A stretch of DNA of 64,000 nt, from positions 10,040-74,039 of the forward strand of contig VXNF01000083.1 of the NCBI GenBank assembly GCA_009840735.1, given 5' to 3'. The position numbers and the translations under genes are program-made. How positions within the stretch are numbered: position 1 is the stretch's first letter; the number at the start of each line of letters is the position of its first letter. The DNA is from Acidimicrobiia bacterium. GTDB lineage: Bacteria; Actinomycetota; Acidimicrobiia; Acidimicrobiales; CATQHL01. The notes below the pieces were generated by a model. It saw only the letters and a program-made list of their open reading frames with translations. It had not been told where the DNA came from and made no database searches. This document shows, piece by piece, positions 57,081-64,000 of this stretch.

Positions 57081-58534
57081 GGAGCAGGGGCCTCCTGTAC
57101 CGCTTCGGCCTCCTCCTGCGGCGCCTCGTCCTCGGGAACGAGTTCGGCGATCACCTCGTCCGGCGCCGACGGGTTGCTGGCCGCCTCCCAGGCCACGCCG
57201 GGGTCGTCATCGGCGGCGAGGTCGGCGAGCACCTCGGGCGGAGTGGCCGGATTCGCGGCAACGGCCCGCCGAACGAGGAAGTCGTCATCGGTGGCCAGGT
57301 CGGTCAGCGCCGACGTCGGGGTGCTCGGATTGCCGGCCACCAGGGAGCGCACCGTCGGGTCCTGGTCTCCGGCCAGGTCGCTGAGGGTCGCTGCCGGGGC
57401 GACCGGGTTGCGGGCCACGCCGATGAGGGCGCCGGGTGCGGCACACCCGAAGACCTCGTTGCGGCGGAGGAAGCGCCCGACGGCGGCCTGATCGGCGAGC
57501 GCGGCGAGCAGACTCGGCGGGGTTGACCGATTCTCCGCCACGGCCCGGCAGGCCATGGGGTCCACGGTGCTGGCGACGATGTGCGCTAGGGCGTCGGGCG
57601 GCGCGTTCGGATTCGACGCGACCCAAACCGCCACGTCCGGCTCGGGGTCCCAAGCGAGCGCCAGCAGCGCGCCCGCCGGAGTGCGCGGGTTGGCGGCGGC
57701 CCATTGGCGAGCCGGCAGGTCAGCGGTCAAGGTGGCGAGCACGGCGTGCCACGGGCCGGGATTGGCGGCGGCGCCGCGCCGCGGATCCGGCTGCACCGGC
57801 TCGGGCTCCACCTCTTCGGGCTCCTCCGGCAGGGGCTCCAACTCGCCAGGCGGGCGGCGAACCTCAGGCAGGTTCCTGGCCTGGGGCCAGTTCGACGGGT
57901 TGGCGGCCGCCAGCCAGCGCACGCCGGGATCGCCGTCGGACAGCAGGCCCGCCAGCACGGTCGGCGGCGTCGCCGGATTGGCTGCCACCGCCCGGCGCAC
58001 CGCCACCTCGGCGTCGGTCTCGGAGCCGACGAGCTCGGCGAGCGCGCTCGGCGGCGTCGAGGGATCCGCGGCGCGCTGCAAGTCGCGCTCGGGGTAATCG
58101 GTGGGCTCGTCGCCCGTCGGCGTCACCGCGGCGGACACGAGATCCTCGGCAGGATCCATCGCCGACTCCTCGGCCTGCGCGGGCGGCTCGACAAGCTCCT
58201 CCTCTGGCGTGGCTTGGTCCCCGGCATCGTTTGGTTCGCCGAGGTCGTCTTCGGGTGGCGCGGCTGCCACGGTCGGCTCGTCGGGCTCGACGATGGACTC
58301 GTCCAAGCCGTCGGCATCGTCGAACTCCTCCGGCAGCGCCTCGGGGGCGGGGCGCGGCAGTGAACTCACGAGCGGGGACCGCTCGGTCGTGGCGGTGGTC
58401 TCCTCGGCCACGGGGGCCGGGGCGGCGACGGCCGCCGGCGGCGCCGGAGGCGGCGACGATGAGCCGCCGATAGCCGAACAGGCGCCGCCGACGCCGACGG
58501 CCAGCGCCAACACGCCGGCGAGGCGCCGTGTCAC
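57077..58534 (-). CDS. Lipoprotein with ~10 leucine-rich-variant (LRV)/HEAT-like repeats
   Basis: The lipobox is MTRRLAGVLALAVGVGGAC. An acidic Pro/Glu linker follows. After it come reiterated units of the form (A)xNPxTPxxxLxxLxxDxDxxVRxxVAxNP. Confidence 0.7.
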   Translation of the reverse strand: MTRRLAGVLALAVGVGGACSAIGGSSSPPPAPPAAVAAPAPVAEETTATTERSPLVSSLPRPAPEALPEEFDDADGLDESIVEPDEPTVAAAPPEDDLGEPNDAGDQATPEEELVEPPAQAEESAMDPAEDLVSAAVTPTGDEPTDYPERDLQRAADPSTPPSALAELVGSETDAEVAVRRAVAANPATPPTVLAGLLSDGDPGVRWLAAANPSNWPQARNLPEVRRPPGELEPLPEEPEEVEPEPVQPDPRRGAAANPGPWHAVLATLTADLPARQWAAANPRTPAGALLALAWDPEPDVAVWVASNPNAPPDALAHIVASTVDPMACRAVAENRSTPPSLLAALADQAAVGRFLRRNEVFGCAAPGALIGVARNPVAPAATLSDLAGDQDPTVRSLVAGNPSTPTSALTDLATDDDFLVRRAVAANPATPPEVLADLAADDDPGVAWEAASNPSAPDEVIAELVPEDEAPQEEAEAVQEAPAP

Positions 58535-58720
58535 GCGGGCTCCGTCAGTTGGGCTGAAGCAGTGCGCAGCGCCGCGCCCGCAGGTTCGCGGCGCGGCAAG
58601 TCGTCAACGAGAATGTCAACGCTCCCTTGCGTTCTGTGAGAATGAAGCGGCCAGTCTGGCAGCGATTGCGGGGAATGCCACGCAGTCGGCGCTCTGGCAG
58701 GCGGCGCCCGACGATCGGCG

Positions 58721-59521
58721 CTAATCAGCGGCGTGGGCCCACCAACGGCCGCGGCGGTGCTCGAGTTCCAGTTCCATGGAGAAGCAGGCGCTTAGACACG
58801 CCGCGGTGAGCACCTCCTCAATGGGTCCCGCGCCGACGACCCGGCCCCCGCGCAGCAGCAGCGCATGGTCGAACCCCGCCGGGATCTCCTCGACGTGGTG
58901 GGTCACGAGCACCGTCGGTGGCGTGGTCGGATCCGCGCTGAGGGCGTCCAGAGAGCGCACTAGCTCCTCCCGCCCGGCGAGGTCGAGCGCCGCGGTGGGC
59001 TCGTCCAGCAGCACCAGGCCGGGGCTGGTCATGAGCGTTCGGGCGATCTGCACTCGCTGGCGCTCACCCGAGGAGAGCAGGCCGAACTGCTGGGCCGCCA
59101 GGTGGCCGCAGCCCATTCGCTCCAGCAGGTCGGCGGCCCGCTGGCGGTCGGCGTCGCTGTAGCTGTGCCACCAGGGCTCCAAGGCGCCGTGTCGGGCCGT
59201 CACAACGGCGTCCAGCGCGCTGATCGTGGGGCGGATGCGGTCCGAGAGCATGGCTGAGGCGTAGCCCACGCGGTGGCGCATGCGGCGCACGTCCACCCGT
59301 CCGAGCCGGCGCCCGAGGACCTCCACGGTGCCTTCGGTGGGGTGAAGGTAAAGGGAGGCGACCCGCAGCAGCGTGGACTTGCCGGCACCGTTGGGGCCCA
59401 GCACCACCCAGCGCTCGCCCGGCTGCACGGTCCAGTTCACGCCGGTGAGCAGCGGACGGCGGTCCCTCACCACGCCGACGCCGCTGAGGCGCAGCGCCGG
59501 GGTCATCGGCCCGGTGCTCAT
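58721..59521 (-). CDS. ABC transporter ATP-binding protein (stand-alone NBD)
   Basis: The ATG at 59521 forms an ATGA overlap with the upstream gene. The Walker A is GPNGAGKSTL, the signature is LSSGERQRV and the Walker B is LVLLDEP. Confidence 0.85.
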   Translation of the reverse strand: MSTGPMTPALRLSGVGVVRDRRPLLTGVNWTVQPGERWVVLGPNGAGKSTLLRVASLYLHPTEGTVEVLGRRLGRVDVRRMRHRVGYASAMLSDRIRPTISALDAVVTARHGALEPWWHSYSDADRQRAADLLERMGCGHLAAQQFGLLSSGERQRVQIARTLMTSPGLVLLDEPTAALDLAGREELVRSLDALSADPTTPPTVLVTHHVEEIPAGFDHALLLRGGRVVGAGPIEEVLTAACLSACFSMELELEHRRGRWWAHAAD

Positions 59522-61488
59522 CGGCTGGCGGCCCCCGCCGCGCCGGTGACCTGCCCGGTCGCCGCGGCGCCGTCGCCTGTGGCGTGGGACTCCCAGGCGG
59601 CGAACATGGCGGCGTAGAGCCCGCCGGACTCGACGAGCTGCTCGTGGCTTCCGATCTCGGCGATCCTCCCATTGTTCACCACGGCGATTCGGTCGGCGCG
59701 CATGGCCGTGGCGAGGCGGTGCGCCACGATCACCGCCGTGCGTCCTTCCAGCAAGGCGTCCAGCGCCCGCTCCACACGCGCCTCGGATCGCAGGTCCAGG
59801 TTCGAGGTGGCTTCGTCCAGGATCAGCACCCGCGGCCGGGCCAGGAAGGCGCGGGCGAGGGCGAGCAGCTGGCGCTCGCCCGCCGACAACGAGGCGCCGC
59901 GCTCGTGGATCGGCGTGTCCACGCCGTCGGGCAGCGACGCCACGAACGCTTCCAGGCCCACCACCCGGCAAGCCTCGGCTACCTCGTCGTCGCCGGCGTC
60001 GGGCCGGGCGAAGCGGATGTTGTCCCCGATGGTCCCGTTGAACAGGAACGGCTCCTGGGGCACGACGCCGAACTGACGGCGCAGCGACTCCAGCTGCACG
60101 CCGCGCAAATCGGCGCCGTCGATGCGCACTGTGCCCTCGTCTGGGTCGTAGAACCGCACCGCCAGCTTGGCGATCGTGGACTTGCCGGCCCCGGTGGCGC
60201 CGACGATGGCGAGGCTTGCTCCTGCGGGGATGTCGAGATTCACGTCCGCCAGCACCGGATCGCCGCCGTCGTAGGAGAACGACACCCCCTCGAAGCTGAT
60301 CCGGCCCTCGATGGGTCCGAGAGGCGCCGCGTCGGGCGCTTCGGCCACCTCCGGCTGCCGGGCCAGCAGCTCCCGCAGTTTGGCGGCGGCGGACTGGCCC
60401 TGCTGGTAGGCGTTGTGGAGCATCACCAGCTGGCCGATGGGGGCGAAGAACGCCGTCAGGTAGAGGGCGAAGGCGGTGAGGGCGCCGAGCGTGAGGCGAC
60501 CGTCGATCACCAGCCAGCCGCCCACGCCCAACACGACCGCCTGGCCGATAATGCCGACGCCCTCGGCTGCGGAGGCGTACAGCGACGACACCCTGGAGGT
60601 GTAGACGTTGGCGTCCTCGTGGTCGGTCACCACGACCTGGTGCTGTGCCACGTTGCGACGGCGGCGGTTGTAGGCGGTGATCGTGCGCATGCCGGCCAGG
60701 TTCTCCGACAGGTCCGCCAGCACGACGGCGATGCGGTCCCGCACCCGGTCATAGCCCGACTCCGAGGCGCGTCGGAACCACAGCGACAGCACCAGCGTGA
60801 CCGGCACCACGACGCCCACCGTCAGCGCCGCCAGCGGGACGTTGAGGTAGAACAGCACGCCGGTGATGACCGCCAAGGTCAGGCCCTGCACGACCATCAT
60901 CACGAGCCCCTCCTGCAGCAGCATCGTGAGGGCCTCGACGTCGCTGGTCATGCGAGACATCAGCACGCCCGCCCTTTCGGAGGTGTAGAAGCTCAGCGAC
61001 ATTCGCTGGAAATGGCTGAAGACCCGCACCCGCAGGCCGTACATGAGGCGTTCGCCGAGGCGGCCGCCGAGGGACGTGCGGGCGCGCCCCGCCGCCATGT
61101 GGACAGCCACGGTGGCGAAGTAGACCGCCGCCACGATGCCCAGGATGTCCAGCCGGCTCGTCGCCACGCCTTCGTCGATGCCTATCTGCATCAGCAGCGG
61201 CCCCGCCTGGGTGGCGGCGGCCTCGATGACCACCAGAGCCACGACCAGCAGCACGCGCCGTCGGTGCGGGCGCAGCATCGTCCGCAGCGACAGCGGCGCG
61301 GCCGCCGGCGCCCGGTGCGCGAATTCCACCTCGGGCTCGGGGTGGGCGGGCTCGGACTCGAGTATGTCCGCCGCCCGGTCGATCATCTCGGAGGGGATGC
61401 CCGCGAACGGCAGTCCGGCGGCGGCGTTGGCCTGCGAGGAGGACGGGCCCTGGGGCCCGGCCACGTAGGCGCCGCCCATGAAGCTCAC
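59518..61488 (-). CDS. ABC exporter, fused permease/ATPase (type I exporter half-transporter)
   Basis: Six TM segments are followed by an NBD with GATGAGKST, LSAGERQLLALARA and ILILDEATS motifs. A GTGA overlap joins it to the upstream paralogue. Confidence 0.9.
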   Translation of the reverse strand: MSFMGGAYVAGPQGPSSSQANAAAGLPFAGIPSEMIDRAADILESEPAHPEPEVEFAHRAPAAAPLSLRTMLRPHRRRVLLVVALVVIEAAATQAGPLLMQIGIDEGVATSRLDILGIVAAVYFATVAVHMAAGRARTSLGGRLGERLMYGLRVRVFSHFQRMSLSFYTSERAGVLMSRMTSDVEALTMLLQEGLVMMVVQGLTLAVITGVLFYLNVPLAALTVGVVVPVTLVLSLWFRRASESGYDRVRDRIAVVLADLSENLAGMRTITAYNRRRRNVAQHQVVVTDHEDANVYTSRVSSLYASAAEGVGIIGQAVVLGVGGWLVIDGRLTLGALTAFALYLTAFFAPIGQLVMLHNAYQQGQSAAAKLRELLARQPEVAEAPDAAPLGPIEGRISFEGVSFSYDGGDPVLADVNLDIPAGASLAIVGATGAGKSTIAKLAVRFYDPDEGTVRIDGADLRGVQLESLRRQFGVVPQEPFLFNGTIGDNIRFARPDAGDDEVAEACRVVGLEAFVASLPDGVDTPIHERGASLSAGERQLLALARAFLARPRVLILDEATSNLDLRSEARVERALDALLEGRTAVIVAHRLATAMRADRIAVVNNGRIAEIGSHEQLVESGGLYAAMFAAWESHATGDGAAATGQVTGAAGAASR

Positions 61489-63200
61489 GGCGCCGGCCTC
61501 TCGGCGGTCGTGAGGCCGAAGACGGCCGGCGAGGCGGCGTCGGGGCCCGGCGGGTGGCGCTCGGCCTGGCGCGCCTCGGCGTCGGCTAGGACCTGCACGT
61601 AGCTGGTCTGGGTGGCCATCAACTCGGCGTGGCTGCCGGTGGCTGTGACCCGGCCGCCCTCGGTGAACACCACCCGGTCGGCCAGAGCGATCGTCGAGAG
61701 CCGATGGGCGATCAGCAGGGTGGTCCCCCCGGCGCGCCGCTGGCGCAACCCCGCGCCGATGGCCTCCTCGACGCCCATGTCCACGGCGCTCAAGGCGTCG
61801 TCAAGGATCAGGACGCTCGGCGCCACGAGCAGCGCCCGGGCGAGCGCGATCCGCTGCCGCTGGCCGCCGGACAGCGTGTAGCCGCGCTCGCCCACGACCG
61901 TGTCGTAGCCGTCGGCTAGGGCGGCCACGGTCTCATGGATCTGCGCCACCTGCGCCGCCCGGATGACCTCGTCGAGCGGCGCGTCGGGCCGGCCGAAGGC
62001 GATGTTGTCGCGCAGGCTGACCGAGAAGAGGAACGGCTCGTCGAATGCCGCCACCACGTTGGCGCGCAGCGACTCCACGTCGAGGCGGCGCAAGTCGAAG
62101 CCGTCGAGGCGCACCGCCCCGGCGTCGGGGTCGTAGAAGCGGGCGGCGAGACGCGCTGCGGTCGACTTGCCGCAGCCGGTTGGCCCCACCAACGCCACCG
62201 TCTCGCCGGGCTCGATCCGCATGTCGAATCCGTCCAGCACCGGGACCGCTGAGCGGCCCTCGCCCCGGCTGTAGGCGAAGGTGACGCCCTCGAAGCTCAG
62301 GCGGCCCTCGGCGCGCCGAAGCACCGTCGCGCCGGCCGGCGAGTCGATCTCCGGGGGAGTGTCGAGAACCTGGAAGATCCGCTCCGCCGAGGCGGCCGCC
62401 CGCTGACTCTGCATCACGATGAAACCGAACATCCGAAAAGGCAGCTGCAGCATGATGATGTAGGCGCCGAAGGCGAAGAGCGTGCCGATCGACACCTGCC
62501 CGTCGATCGCCAGCCAGCCCCCGTAGAGCAGCACTAGCCCCATGGCGATCCGCGGCAGCGCTTCCAGCAGCGGGTTGTGGCGGGCGCGCACGTCCACGCT
62601 GGTGGCCGACGCCCATTGGAGCCGCCGGGCGGCGCGGGCCAGTTTGGCGATCTCGGCCCGTTCGGCGGCGAACGATTTCACGACCCGGGTGCCGTTGACG
62701 TTCTCGTCCACGACCGCCGCCACCTCGGCGCTGCGACCCTGGATGATCCACGACAGCGGCAGGAACCTGTTCCGGAAGCGGTTCCCCACCAGCGTGGCGA
62801 CCGGCAGGGTCGCAAGTGCCACGAACGTGAGCGGCACATGGATCCACAGCATCAGCCCGAAGGCCAGGAAGAACGTGAGCACCGCCATCCCCAGCATGGG
62901 GGCGAAGGCGAACAGGATCTGGATGGAGCGGATGTCGGTGTTGGCGCGGGAGATGATGTCGCCGGAACTGCTGCGGTCATAGAACGAGAACGACAGCCGG
63001 CTGAGGTGGCGCTGAATGATCATCCGCAGCTCGCTGTCGATGCGCAGCGACAGCTTGAAGAGCAGGTAGCGGTAGGCACCACCGGTTAGCCCGCGGGCGA
63101 CCGCCAGAGCGCCCAGCAGGATGCACAGGGTCCGCAACCGGTCACTTGAGCCGACGCCGGCTGCGTCGATGGCTTCGCGGGCCACGGCGGGGACCGCCAC
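61485..63200 (-). CDS. ABC exporter, fused permease/ATPase (partner half-transporter); true N-terminus probably extends upstream
   Basis: The NBD motifs are GPTGCGKST, LSGGQRQRIALARA and VLILDDALS. The track start is the GTG at 63200. However, the in-frame upstream codons read ...KGWLRRLWPIVSAHRSLLTFGAACGAVALATQ, a typical elbow helix plus TM1, back to a stop at 63357-63359 with no ATG, GTG or TTG. Confidence 0.8.
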   Translation of the reverse strand: MAVPAVAREAIDAAGVGSSDRLRTLCILLGALAVARGLTGGAYRYLLFKLSLRIDSELRMIIQRHLSRLSFSFYDRSSSGDIISRANTDIRSIQILFAFAPMLGMAVLTFFLAFGLMLWIHVPLTFVALATLPVATLVGNRFRNRFLPLSWIIQGRSAEVAAVVDENVNGTRVVKSFAAERAEIAKLARAARRLQWASATSVDVRARHNPLLEALPRIAMGLVLLYGGWLAIDGQVSIGTLFAFGAYIIMLQLPFRMFGFIVMQSQRAAASAERIFQVLDTPPEIDSPAGATVLRRAEGRLSFEGVTFAYSRGEGRSAVPVLDGFDMRIEPGETVALVGPTGCGKSTAARLAARFYDPDAGAVRLDGFDLRRLDVESLRANVVAAFDEPFLFSVSLRDNIAFGRPDAPLDEVIRAAQVAQIHETVAALADGYDTVVGERGYTLSGGQRQRIALARALLVAPSVLILDDALSAVDMGVEEAIGAGLRQRRAGGTTLLIAHRLSTIALADRVVFTEGGRVTATGSHAELMATQTSYVQVLADAEARQAERHPPGPDAASPAVFGLTTAERPAP

Positions 63201-63402
63201 CTGCGTGGCGAGGGCGACGGCCCCGCAGGCGGCGCCGAAGGTCAGCAGCGACCGGTGCGCCGAGACGATCGGCCACAGCCGCCGCAGCCAGCCCTTGGAG
63301 GAGTCCGGGTGGATGTGTGCGGCAGCGGTGATGGCATCGGATGCTACCGGCGGACCTCAGCCTCACCGGGCCGAGGGCGCCCCTGGGATAGACTGACCGA
63401 CG

Positions 63403-64000
63403 ATCAGAGTCGCACTCGGACTTCTTGCGGTCGTCGCGCTGATCGGCGCCAACGCCTTCTTTGTGGCCGCCGAGTTCGCCGCCGTCTCGGTGCCCCGAGG
63501 ACCCCTGGAGGAGGCGGCGAGCCGCGGGCGGCGCGCCAGGCGGCGGGCCGCGCAGAGCTTGCTGAAGGTGACCGAGCGGCTCACCTTCCATCTCTCGGCC
63601 GCGCAGGTGGGGATCACGGTGATGTCCCTGTTGCTGGGCTGGGTTGCCGAGCCGCTGATAGCGGAGCTGCTGGTCGGCGCGTTCGGCTCGGTGCTGAGTG
63701 CGTCCTCGGCCCGCGCCGTGTCGGTGGCCGTGGCGTTGGCGCTGGCGATGTCGGTCACCCTCGTGGCGGGCGAGCAGCTTCCGAAGATGCTGGCGATCTC
63801 GCGCCCTCTGGCGGTGGGTTTGGCGTGCGCTAGGCCGTTGCGCCTCTACGGGTACCTCATGTGGCCGTTCGTGACCCTGTTCAACGGCACCGCCGACCGG
63901 ATCGTGCGCCGCGCCGGGCTCGAACCCGCCGACGAGCTCCGGTCGGTGCGGACGCTGCGGGAACTCGAACACATCATCCGCTCCTCAGGCAGCAGCGGCG
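63403..64000 (+). CDS. CNNM/HlyC/CorC-family (DUF21 transmembrane domain) protein, 5' part; runs off the right edge
   Basis: My own translation gives ..VALGLLAVVALIGANAFFVAAEFAAVSVPRG...LSAAQVGITVMSLLLGW...GEQLPKMLAI.., open to position 64000. It is not in the track because it has no stop. The start codon is unresolved; 63403 is an ATC, and the first GTG would fall inside TM1. Confidence 0.7.
   Translation, partial: MRVALGLLAVVALIGANAFFVAAEFAAVSVPRGPLEEAASRGRRARRRAAQSLLKVTERLTFHLSAAQVGITVMSLLLGWVAEPLIAELLVGAFGSVLSASSARAVSVAVALALAMSVTLVAGEQLPKMLAISRPLAVGLACARPLRLYGYLMWPFVTLFNGTADRIVRRAGLEPADELRSVRTLRELEHIIRSSGSSG

Noticed and set aside
58535-58720. Possible promoter upstream of the LRV lipoprotein gene: two TTGAC(A/G) hexamers on the minus strand and a gagaatg direct repeat.
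   Set aside because: I found no acceptable -10 element at the right spacing from either hexamer. The repeats are too short to distinguish from chance.

Overview
The window looks like a high-G+C chromosomal segment, probably from an Actinomycetota-like organism (my inference from bL37, Rpf and the HAD-tlyA-nadK-recN synteny). It is densely coding on both strands. Many long ORFs in the track are GC-driven antisense shadows or N-terminal over-extensions, so I re-set starts by motif position and by 4-nt start/stop overlaps.

Content from left to right:
- Acyl-ACP thioesterase-like, SMP-30 lactonase-like and PII (glnB) genes.
- An ~11 kb minus-strand nucleoside uptake and salvage operon: a tandem-BMP lipoprotein, an ABC ATPase, two permeases, cdd, deoA, add, a nucleoside hydrolase and a PfkB kinase.
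- A DCC-family oxidoreductase, an unlisted 29-codon bL37-like micro-ORF, ychF, ferrochelatase, an Rpf-like protein, an NfuA-like protein and dxs.
- A PAP2 plus flippase-like membrane pair, a hotdog thioesterase, a retropepsin-like protease behind an AT-rich promoter region, metK and a PriA without a Walker A motif.
- fbaB, korAB (with a perfect TGTGA-N6-TCACA site upstream), then HAD-tlyA-nadK-recN.
- A small accessory island with a hypothetical protein, an AbrB/PIN-like toxin-antitoxin pair and a DUF4143 AAA ATPase.
- Divergent ddl and murF, a 2OG oxygenase, tRNA-Val(CAC) and a block of accessory enzymes.
- A solitary ~1550-aa gene at 50948-55600 that looks lower in G+C and is bracketed by hairpins. 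It fuses a sacsin/MORC-like GHKL ATPase, an unassignable ~700-aa middle region and a complete SF2 DEAH helicase.
- An LRV-repeat lipoprotein with a secreted-protein partner, three ABC genes and a partial CNNM/DUF21 gene.

The GHKL-helicase giant is my best candidate for an undescribed system, most likely defence or nucleic-acid surveillance. I found no CRISPR array, rRNA, transposase or integrase.
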